Assembly (NCBI RefSeq): GCF_016127575.1
Contig: NZ_CP066019.1
Location: 240,001-272,000, forward strand
DNA length: 32,000 bases
Direction of reading: 5' to 3'
Source of the DNA: Cupriavidus necator
Lineage (GTDB): Bacteria; Pseudomonadota; Gammaproteobacteria; Burkholderiales; Burkholderiaceae
Numbering within the stretch: the stretch's first letter is position 1; every line of letters starts with the position of its first letter. The notes beneath the pieces were generated by a model, which did not search any database, was not told where the DNA came from, and saw only the letters and a program-made list of their open reading frames with translations. Positions 18,109-25,825 of this stretch are shown piece by piece. The position numbers and the translations under genes are program-made.

Positions 18109-19309
18109 GATGACAGGTTCTGAGGGGGCGGCAGCAAGAAGGATAAACAAGTTCGAGCTGGATGCGGCGTTTGCCGATGCGCACCGGCGCACCTGGGCCG
18201 TGCTTGAGGAGCTGTCGCCGTCCCAATGGCAGGTTCCTTATGACGCGGGAATCAATCCGCCCTTGTGGGAGTATGCCCATATCGCCTGGTTCACGGAGCA
18301 ATGGGTGCTGCGGGAGCCACGTGCCGGCGAGGACGGCTGCTGGGTGGCCAGCCTCCCGTCCATGCTGCCGGACGCCGACCGCCTCTTCGATTCCATGCGC
18401 GTCGCCCACCGGGACCGATGGCATCTTGCGCTGCCCCGGCTCTCCGAGATTCGCGACTACGCAGCCGCCGTGCTGGAGCACGTTCGCGCCAGGCTCGCCA
18501 CGTCGGACGATACCGACGCTGCGCTCTATTTCTTCCGGCTCGCCTTGTTCCACGAAGACATGCATGCGGAGGCGCTGACCTATATGCGCCAGACGCTCGA
18601 TTATCCGCTGCATGCCCCGCTCGGCATGCCTTCCATTGCGCCGGGCGCCGGCTCGGCAGCCGCAGGCGGCGACACGTTCGCAATGGGGTCGCCCATCGGG
18701 GGCGACGGGTTCGTCTTCGACAACGAGAAGTGGTCCCACCCGGTCCACATCGCCCCTTTCCACATCGATCGCACTTGCGTCAGCAATGCCGCATTTGCGG
18801 AATTCGTGGCCGCCGGCGGCTACCGCGACCATCAATGGTGGTCAGACGACGGACGCGCATGGCTGCAACAGAGCAGGCTGGCGCATCCGGTGCGCTGGCG
18901 CCGGACAGCCGGCGGCACCGCGGGGCAATGGGCGTTGCGCTGGTTCGGGCAGTGGGTGCCGCTGCCGCCCGAACAGCCGGTGTGTCATATCAATGCCCAC
19001 GAGGCGGAAGCCTATTGCCGCTGGGCCGGCAAGCGCTTGCCCACGGAAGCCGAATGGGAGTATGCGGCAACGCATGACCTGATCCGCTGGGGTAGCGCCG
19101 TGTGGGAATGGACGGCTGATCCTTTCGTGCCCTATGCAGGGTTCTCGCCCGATCCCTACCAGGAATATTCCGCCCCCTGGTTTCACACGCATCGCTCGGT
19201 TCGCGGCGGATCGTTCGCCACCCATGCCCGCATGCAGCATCCTCGCTACCGGAACTTCTACCTGCCGCACCGCAGCGACCCCTTCGTCGGATTCCGCTGC
19301 TGCGGTTGA
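18107..19309 (+). CDS. senA: EgtB-like non-haem-iron sulfoxide/selenoxide synthase homologue (DinB_2 + FGE-sulfatase domains), SenA-like
   Basis: A GGGAGG SD at 18097-18102 precedes ATG 18107/18110. The DinB-type helix bundle carries a His (AHIAWF, 18278-18280) and an HxxxH motif (FHEDMHAE, 18551-18565). The C-terminal FGE-sulfatase fold contains HEAEAYCRWAGKRLPTEAEWEYAA and RGGSF...FVGFRC. Confidence 0.8.
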   Translation: MMTGSEGAAARRINKFELDAAFADAHRRTWAVLEELSPSQWQVPYDAGINPPLWEYAHIAWFTEQWVLREPRAGEDGCWVASLPSMLPDADRLFDSMRVAHRDRWHLALPRLSEIRDYAAAVLEHVRARLATSDDTDAALYFFRLALFHEDMHAEALTYMRQTLDYPLHAPLGMPSIAPGAGSAAAGGDTFAMGSPIGGDGFVFDNEKWSHPVHIAPFHIDRTCVSNAAFAEFVAAGGYRDHQWWSDDGRAWLQQSRLAHPVRWRRTAGGTAGQWALRWFGQWVPLPPEQPVCHINAHEAEAYCRWAGKRLPTEAEWEYAATHDLIRWGSAVWEWTADPFVPYAGFSPDPYQEYSAPWFHTHRSVRGGSFATHARMQHPRYRNFYLPHRSDPFVGFRCCG

Positions 19310-19367
19310 GGAAGGAGGGCGTCTTCACGGTGATATCAACGATGCGGCTGACACCGCCCTGACCACC

Positions 19368-19694
19368 CTAGCGGCGGGCCGACCCACCAACGCGAAGTGC
19401 ATTCACCACCAGCGAAAAGGCTGGCGATGCCTGGCGGCTGGGGTAGTACAGGTGGTAGCCCGCAAACGGAGGGCACCAGTCTTCCAGCACGCGTACCAGC
19501 CGACCTTCCTCGATGTGGGGTGCAAATTCCTCTTCCGGGAGGAAGGCGACGCCCAGCCCCTCAAGCGCGGCCATCACGATATGGGGCGTGCTGTTGAAAA
19601 CGGCCTGGCCGTCGTCGCGCACCTTCAACTGACGGCCACGGCGCTCGAAGTCCCAGACGGACAAGCCCGCATGCATCGCCGATGCCGCGCGCAT
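19368..19694 (-). pseudogene. Truncated LysR-family regulator (C-terminal effector-domain fragment only)
   Basis: WDFERRGRQLKVRDDGQAVFNSTPHIVMAALEGLGVAFLPEEEFAPHIEEGRLVRVLEDWCPPFAGYHLYYPSRQASPAFSLVVNAL is a typical LysR C-terminus. The upstream part of the 222-aa ORF is a non-homologous shadow of the opposite-strand gene, and there is no HTH. Confidence 0.6.
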
Positions 19695-19815
19695 GAGGTA
19701 TCTTTTACAAGGGCGAGGCACGCCAGCCGCCGGAAAGGCCCGGCGGGACTTGTGCCAGGGCCGTGGATCGGTTCTTGCATGGCAGGCTGTGCCCGAGCCG
19801 TGACAGGAGCGCGCC

Positions 19816-21264
19816 ATGTCCGAAGCACTTCGATCCTCGCTTTGCCGATTCTTCATCGCCTGCTGCCTGGGTATCGCAGCTTGCGGAGGGGGCGGGGGAG
19901 ACGGGGGCGGTGACAGCGCCACCGGCACGCTGACGCTCTCCATCTCCGGCCTGCCGTCCGGGACGTCGGCGGCCATCACGGTATTGGGGCCCGGCCAGTT
20001 CCGCCAGACCGTGACCCAGTCGACCACGCTGTCCAACCTGGCTGCTGGCAGCTATACCGTCAGTGCCGCCAGCGTGCTGGCTGGCAGCACGCTCCTCAAG
20101 CCGCAGCCGCCTTCGCAGACCGTGGCGGTGACCGCGGGCGGCAGTGCTTTGGCAAGCGTGGAATACGGCTCACCGGAAACAGTGCAGTTGTCGCTGACGC
20201 AGGTTGCCGGCGGGTTATCCGAGCCCATCTTCCTGACCGCGCCCCCCGGCGATCCGCGCCTGTTCGTGGTCGAGCGGGCCGGCCGCATCCGGATCGTGCG
20301 CAACGGCGCATTGGTCGCTACGCCGTTCCTCAATATCGCCGCGCTGACGACGACCGATGGCGAGCGCGGGCTGCTGTCGATGGCGTTCGATCCCAACTAT
20401 GGGACCAACGGCCGCTTCTACGTCTATTACACCGACACCAATGGGGCCATCACCATCGCCCGCTACAACGTATCGGCCGCGAATCCGGATATCGCCGCGG
20501 CATCCGGCACCGTGCTGCTGTCGATTCCGCACGGCACCTTCTCCAACCATAACGGCGGCCAGCTCGCGTTCGGCCCGGACGGCATGCTCTATATCGGCAC
20601 GGGCGACGGCGGCGGCGGTGGCGATCCGTCGGGCAACGCCCAGAACCCGGCAACGCTGCTCGGCAAGATGCTGCGCATCGACGTCAGCGGGGCATCCGGC
20701 TACGGCTTGCCTGCCGGCAATCCCTTCGTCGGCCAGTCCGGCAGCCGCGGCGAAATCTGGGCTCTCGGCCTGCGCAACCCGTGGCGGTTTACGTTCGACG
20801 CCGGCTTGCTGTATATCGCCGATGTCGGCGAGGACCAGCGCGAGGAAGTCGACGTGGCGCCGGCCACCAGCGCGGGCCTGAACTACGGCTGGAACCGGAC
20901 CGAAGGCACCGCCTGCGTGGGTGCGGCCACGTGCGACAAGACCGGGCTGACCATGCCGGTCTTCGAATACGGCCACGAAGCGGGCGCTTGTGCCATCGTC
21001 GGTGGCTATGCGTACCGGGGCAGTGCCAACCCGGTGCTGCATGGGCGGTACTTCTATTCCGACCTTTGCACGGGCAAGCTGCTGAGCTTCATGTATCGCG
21101 ACGGCGTTGTCGCAGAACAGGTCGACTGGAACGTCACGATCCCGGGCAGTGTGTTCTCGTTTGGCGTGGATGACGCGCAGGCGCTGTACGTGCTGGCCGA
21201 TCCGGGCACGTCGGCGACGAGCGGGCGGGTGTATCGGATCGATGTGTCGGACGGCACGCCTTAA
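19816..21264 (+). CDS. PQQ-dependent sugar dehydrogenase (soluble glucose/sorbosone dehydrogenase beta-propeller family), lipoprotein with an extra N-terminal beta-rich domain
   Basis: Lipobox LGIAAC followed by a Gly-rich linker. Propeller motifs include PRLFVVERAGRIRIV, ERGLLSMAFDP, HNGGQLAFGPDGMLYIGTGDGG, LLGKMLRIDV, GLRNPWRFTFD and YIADVGEDQREEV. Confidence 0.85.
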   Translation: MSEALRSSLCRFFIACCLGIAACGGGGGDGGGDSATGTLTLSISGLPSGTSAAITVLGPGQFRQTVTQSTTLSNLAAGSYTVSAASVLAGSTLLKPQPPSQTVAVTAGGSALASVEYGSPETVQLSLTQVAGGLSEPIFLTAPPGDPRLFVVERAGRIRIVRNGALVATPFLNIAALTTTDGERGLLSMAFDPNYGTNGRFYVYYTDTNGAITIARYNVSAANPDIAAASGTVLLSIPHGTFSNHNGGQLAFGPDGMLYIGTGDGGGGGDPSGNAQNPATLLGKMLRIDVSGASGYGLPAGNPFVGQSGSRGEIWALGLRNPWRFTFDAGLLYIADVGEDQREEVDVAPATSAGLNYGWNRTEGTACVGAATCDKTGLTMPVFEYGHEAGACAIVGGYAYRGSANPVLHGRYFYSDLCTGKLLSFMYRDGVVAEQVDWNVTIPGSVFSFGVDDAQALYVLADPGTSATSGRVYRIDVSDGTP

Positions 21265-21374
21265 CGGCGGGGCGCAGGAGCACTGCGCTTCGGGCAGGGG
21301 CTCCTGGCCGTTGAACCGCCGCGGACGTGCTGCTATGGCACTTTCCTGCACGCGCCCTCATTGCTGCACGTGCA

Positions 21375-22292
21375 TCACAGCAAATCGGCCAACCGCTGCC
21401 GGCATAGGCTCACGAACTGCTGTGCCGCAGTCGACTGGCCTTGTGCCGGATGGAATGCCAGGATTGCCCGGAATCGAACGGGAGCGGTGAGCGGTACGCT
21501 GCGCAGCCCGAGCGCAACGTAGCCACGGGCCACCAATGGATTGGTGATCGCAAGGCCAGCACCGGCCAGGGTCAGTGAGCACTGCGTGTGGCTGTACGGT
21601 GTTGTCGCCACGAAACGCGGCTCGATGCCGGACTCGGAAAAGCACGCTTCCAGCCGGCGTTGCGCAGGATCCGAAGCGTCCAGGCCGATCAACGGAACCT
21701 CGATCAGATCCTCGATGCCGACTTTCGCGCGCGCCGCGAAAGGATGCGTCGCGGGAGCGACGCAAACCGCCTGCACTGCGTAGAACTCGGACGCGGTCAG
21801 GCCGCTGGTGTCCGCCTCGTCGCCCATGAACGCGATATCGAGTTCGCGCTGAAGCAGGCGCTCGCGCAAGCCCCTGGAGCTGTCGACCTCCAGCTGGCAA
21901 CGAACGCGGGGGTGGTTGTGGATGAAGTCCGCCACCGATGACGGCATCACGCTGGAGGCCATGGCGTGCAAGGCGCCGACGCGCAGGATCGTATCTTCAT
22001 AGGAACGCAACTGATCTATCTTGCGCTGCACGGCGTCGAGGCCGACATAGACGCGCTCGACTTCGTCGATCAGGGACGCCGCCTCGGGCGTGGGCGCCAT
22101 ACGCCCTTTGCTTCGGTCGAACAGTCTTAACCGCGCTGCCTGTTCAAGCTGCAGCACGATCTGTGTCACGGCGGGCTGGCTGATGTGCAGGGCTTCGGCG
22201 GCCCGGCGCGCCGATCCCAGGCGCATGACCATGCGAAACACCTCGATTTGGCGGGCGCTGATCACGATGTCGGTGGCTGTCCCCATACCCAA
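21375..22292 (-). CDS. LysR-family transcriptional regulator
   Basis: The HTH is ISARQIEVFRMVMRLGSARRAAEALHISQPAVTQIVLQLEQAARLRLFDR, followed by a full-length effector domain. It is divergent from the PLP-enzyme gene. Confidence 0.9.
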   Translation of the reverse strand: MGMGTATDIVISARQIEVFRMVMRLGSARRAAEALHISQPAVTQIVLQLEQAARLRLFDRSKGRMAPTPEAASLIDEVERVYVGLDAVQRKIDQLRSYEDTILRVGALHAMASSVMPSSVADFIHNHPRVRCQLEVDSSRGLRERLLQRELDIAFMGDEADTSGLTASEFYAVQAVCVAPATHPFAARAKVGIEDLIEVPLIGLDASDPAQRRLEACFSESGIEPRFVATTPYSHTQCSLTLAGAGLAITNPLVARGYVALGLRSVPLTAPVRFRAILAFHPAQGQSTAAQQFVSLCRQRLADLL

Positions 22293-22310
22293 CCCTATAA
22301 GTTTTGCTTA

Positions 22311-22326
22311 ATTCGATAATCGGAAT
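22311..22326. promoter_or_regulatory. Candidate LysR-type binding site (interrupted palindrome ATTC-N8-GAAT)
   Basis: ATTCGATAATCGGAAT lies in the 74-bp divergent intergenic region between the LysR gene and the PLP-enzyme gene. Confidence 0.3.
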
Positions 22327-22366
22327 GCCTGCGCTGCCCAGGCGTGACATCACATAGACTCGGGTC

Positions 22367-23560
22367 ATGACCACTTGGGCTTTTATCATGCGCGCCAGTC
22401 GCTATCCGCATCCGACCGAAGCGCTCGTCAATCCGGCGATGCATGCCCTGCAATGCATTACCTGCCACGCTCAATATCCAGTCAGCGACATGCCGGAAGG
22501 GTGCCCGAACTGCGCAAGCGCCGGCCGGCCCAGTAGTCTCGAAGTTGCCTACCAGCACCACGCACTGGATTTTGCACCAAGAAGCGGAAGTTATACATGG
22601 GGGCATTGGCAGCCGTACCTGGAAGGCGTGTCTTTGGGGGAGGGCGCCACGCCATGCGTACCGGTGCCAACCCTGGCGTCGCTGGCGGACGTGGCGTCCG
22701 TATGGATCAAGAATGAAGGCGCAAATCCGACCGGCTCGCACAAGGATCGCATGTCGGCGCAGGCCGTAAGCCGGGCGCTGGATATTGGCGCGAGCGAGGT
22801 GGTGCTGGCGTCAAGCGGCAACGCCGCAGTCTCGGCCGCGGCCTATTGCGCCGCCGCGGGACTGGACTGCGAAGTCGCGACCTACCAGGCGCTTCCGTCC
22901 GTTTTCGATGCGGCGTTGCGTTACTACGGTGCGCGGCGTGTCATCTGCGACAACGGTCACGCGCGATGGGCGCATGTCCGCCGCCGCGTCAGGGAAGAGG
23001 GAGCCTTTGCACTGACCAACTACAGCGTGCCCGCGGTGGGTAGCCCGGTATTTGGTGTGGAAGGCTACCGTGCTGTCGCACTGGAGTGGGTGGCGCAAGG
23101 ATGCCGCCCCGACCATGTCATGGTGCCGACGGCGCGGGGGGATCTGTTGTGGGGCATCTATAGCGCGCTGCGTGACCTGGTCACGCTGGGACATCTCCCG
23201 AAGCTGCCCCGCCTCTGGGCGATCGAGCCGTTCCCGCGGCTGTCGCGCGTGCTGGCGGGCGCGCCGCAGCAGTCCGACTTCCCGGGCACGACCCAGCAAT
23301 TCTCCACGGCCGGCTCGACCGTGACCGCGCAGCAGGTCCACGCCGTCAGGCAATCGGGCGGCGGCGCGGTGGTCATCGACGACGCGGCAGCACGCGACGG
23401 TACCCGCCGTCTCGCTGCGGCCGGATTCTGGGTCGAGCTGTGCGCGGGAGCGGGGTTTGCCGCCACGCAAGCGCTGCGCGCCGACGGGCGCATCGCCAGG
23501 ACGGAAGCAGTCATGCTGATGCTGACTGCACGCGGCGATCGCGATCCGGGACAAGCTTGA
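22367..23560 (+). CDS. Fold-type II PLP-dependent enzyme, threonine-synthase-like, with an N-terminal CxxC...CxxC zinc ribbon
   Basis: CITCHAQYPVSDMPEGCPNC (22454-22513). The PLP-lysine motif is NEGANPTGSHKDRMS, followed by SSGNAAVSAAAYCAAAGL. The start is ambiguous (22367, 22388 or 22439). Confidence 0.75.
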   Translation: MTTWAFIMRASRYPHPTEALVNPAMHALQCITCHAQYPVSDMPEGCPNCASAGRPSSLEVAYQHHALDFAPRSGSYTWGHWQPYLEGVSLGEGATPCVPVPTLASLADVASVWIKNEGANPTGSHKDRMSAQAVSRALDIGASEVVLASSGNAAVSAAAYCAAAGLDCEVATYQALPSVFDAALRYYGARRVICDNGHARWAHVRRRVREEGAFALTNYSVPAVGSPVFGVEGYRAVALEWVAQGCRPDHVMVPTARGDLLWGIYSALRDLVTLGHLPKLPRLWAIEPFPRLSRVLAGAPQQSDFPGTTQQFSTAGSTVTAQQVHAVRQSGGGAVVIDDAAARDGTRRLAAAGFWVELCAGAGFAATQALRADGRIARTEAVMLMLTARGDRDPGQA

Positions 23561-23586
23561 TTTCCAGACAATATTCGGAGCCACCC

Positions 23587-24555
23587 ATGAACTTGCGTTC
23601 TCTGTTGACTGCCATCACCTTCGGCCTCGCGGCTCAGGTACCGTCGGCCCTGGCCGCCTATCCTGAAAAGCCGATCCGATTGATCGTGCCCTGGGCTGCC
23701 GGCGGCAGCACCGATGCGCTGGCCCGTGCGGTCGCGCAGCGAATGAGCGAATCGATGGGCCAGCCCGTGGTCGTCGACAATCGCGCCGGCGCCTCCGGCC
23801 GCATCGGCGCCGACATCCTCGCAAAGTCGGCTCCCGACGGCTACACGCTGGGCGTCATCGAGCTGGCTCATACCGTGGCGCCGTCGGTGTTCCGCCAGAT
23901 GCCATATGATGTGTTGCGCGACTTCACGCCGGTTTCACTGCTCGGCGAGGCGCCGCTCATCCTGTTCGCGGACAGCACGCACTATCGCGCTGGCGACGTC
24001 CAGCGCTTCCTTGCGGACTCACGCAAGGCAGGAACGCCGCTGCAGCTTGCCACCAGCGGGAACGGCACGATCAGCCATCTGGCCGCCAAGATGCTTGAAG
24101 CGCAGGCGGGCATCCCGGTCGATGCCGTACCGTACCGGGGCTCGGCGCCCGCGCTGACCGATGTGTCCGCCCAACTGGTCAAAGGCCATTTCGCTACGCT
24201 GGCAAGCGGCAGCAGCCTGCTTGGCGGTGGCAAGATCGCGGCCTTGATGGTGACGGGGCCGGTGCGCGTGACTTCGCTTCCCGGTGTTCCGACCGCAGCC
24301 GAAGCCAGGCTGCCGGGAATGCAGGTCAGCCAATGGTGGGCCCTGGTGGCTCCCGCGCGGGCACCGTCTGCCGTCGTGAGCAGGCTTGCGGACGAAGTCC
24401 GCGCGGCATTGACGAATCCGCAGACCAAGGCACGGCTCGACAGCCAAGGTATCGACCTCAAGGCGTCCTCGCCTGCTCAACTCGGAGACCGGCTGCGCGC
24501 AGAGACGGATCGCTGGGCGAATCTGGCTAAGCAGGCTGGCATTCAACCCGAATGA
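23587..24555 (+). CDS. Bug-family (TctC-like) periplasmic substrate-binding protein
   Basis: From ATG 23587: MNLRSLLTAITFGLAAQVPSALAAYPEKPIRLIVPWAAGGSTDALAR. A GGAG lies upstream. The track ORF from 23440 is an extension overlapping the previous gene. Confidence 0.9.
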   Translation: MNLRSLLTAITFGLAAQVPSALAAYPEKPIRLIVPWAAGGSTDALARAVAQRMSESMGQPVVVDNRAGASGRIGADILAKSAPDGYTLGVIELAHTVAPSVFRQMPYDVLRDFTPVSLLGEAPLILFADSTHYRAGDVQRFLADSRKAGTPLQLATSGNGTISHLAAKMLEAQAGIPVDAVPYRGSAPALTDVSAQLVKGHFATLASGSSLLGGGKIAALMVTGPVRVTSLPGVPTAAEARLPGMQVSQWWALVAPARAPSAVVSRLADEVRAALTNPQTKARLDSQGIDLKASSPAQLGDRLRAETDRWANLAKQAGIQPE

Positions 24556-24837
24556 CTAGACCTGGACAAGCGCCTGGATCCTGACATGGGGAGTCTATAT
24601 CGGCCCGCGTCGTGACCGCCACAACATGACGGCTGGCCCAGTTGCTGAAAATGCCTGCTCTGGGAGCGGTGAAAACCCCGGCACCTTCTCGACTTCGTTC
24701 CCATCTGGATCGACGTATCCGGCCGGTAATACGCCAAGCAGGTGAAATGACGGGCCATACCCGCGTTGGCTGCGGCTGAGCATGGTGCCCTTACAATGCC
24801 GATGGTTCAGATCGACTGGTAGGCGCAAACAGGTGTC

Positions 24838-25782
24838 ATGCAAAGCAAGAGCAAAGCAACTCTCATCGGGCTCATCGCGATTCTGTTATGGAGCTCGATT
24901 GTCGGCCTGATTCGCGGTGTCAGCGAAAACCTTGGGGCAACCGGTGGGGCGGCAATGATCTATACCGTCGCCTCGGCCCTGCTCTTGCTGACAGTCGGTT
25001 TCGTCAGAATGCAGGATTTTCCCCGGCGCTATCTGGTTTGGGGAAGCATTCTGTTCGTTTCGTACGAGCTGTGTCTTTCCTTGTCCATTGGCTACGCCAA
25101 CAGCAGCAGGCAAGCCATTGAGGTGGGGATGGTCAACTACTTGTGGCCGAGCTTCACCATGCTGTGTGCCATCGCATTCAACAAGCAGAAGGCCAACTTG
25201 CTGATCATTCCCGGCTTCCTGATCGCCATTCTCGGGATCTGCTGGGTGCTTGGCGGGGATCAGGGCCTGGACTTCGCCGGGATGGCGGAGAACATCCAGG
25301 ACAATCCGCTCAGCTATGGGCTGGCCTTCCTTGGTGCCCTGATCTGGGCGGCGTATTGCACTGTGACCAACCGGATTGCCGAAGGCAGGAATGGCATCAC
25401 GCTGTTCTTCATGCTGACAGCGCTGGCGTTGTGGATCAAGTATTTCGCCACAGAGAGCGGGTCGATGGAATTTAGCTATCAGGCAGTGATTTATCTTGCG
25501 TTGGCCGCCTCTGCGATGGGATTCGGCTATGCGGCCTGGAATGTTGGCATCCTGCATGGCAATGTCACCGTCCTTGCCGGCGCTTCCTACTTCATTCCGG
25601 TACTTTCCGCCGCCCTGGCGGCCATGCTCTTGCGTACACCCCTGTCGATCGCCTTCTGGAAGGGCGCATCCATGGTATGTGCGGGGTCGATCCTCTGTTG
25701 GCTGGCAACACGTGGGCAACGTTCCAAGGCACCTCCGTTGCCGGAATTACCGCAGTCGCGCGAACGTGTCCAGGAACCGTGA
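24838..25782 (+). CDS. yddG: DMT-superfamily (EamA) aromatic amino acid exporter, YddG-like
   Basis: KATLIGLIAILLWSSIVGLIRGVSENLG..GGAAMIY...LFVSYELCLSLSIGYA...QAIEVGMVNYLWPSFTML...PLSYGLAFLGALIWAAYCTVTN...AAWNVGILHGNVTV is collinear with E. coli YddG as I remember it. The gene is visibly lower in GC than its neighbours. Confidence 0.85.
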   Translation: MQSKSKATLIGLIAILLWSSIVGLIRGVSENLGATGGAAMIYTVASALLLLTVGFVRMQDFPRRYLVWGSILFVSYELCLSLSIGYANSSRQAIEVGMVNYLWPSFTMLCAIAFNKQKANLLIIPGFLIAILGICWVLGGDQGLDFAGMAENIQDNPLSYGLAFLGALIWAAYCTVTNRIAEGRNGITLFFMLTALALWIKYFATESGSMEFSYQAVIYLALAASAMGFGYAAWNVGILHGNVTVLAGASYFIPVLSAALAAMLLRTPLSIAFWKGASMVCAGSILCWLATRGQRSKAPPLPELPQSRERVQEP

Positions 25783-25825
25783 GTGCGTGCGACCGCGCTG
25801 TTTGATCAAGCAAGCAGTATCCAAC

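Noticed and set aside
19816-21264. The PQQ-type sugar dehydrogenase as a fourth enzyme of the selenosugar pathway.
   Set aside because: It is separated from senA by a dead LysR gene, is transcribed independently, and is a predicted exported lipoprotein whereas the sen enzymes are cytoplasmic. The adjacency is probably coincidental.
24682-24789. Possible VOC/glyoxalase-family remnant on the minus strand (…GYVDPDGNEVEKV).
   Set aside because: Only the short DPDGN-type C-terminal motif is recognisable, which is too little to call a pseudogene.
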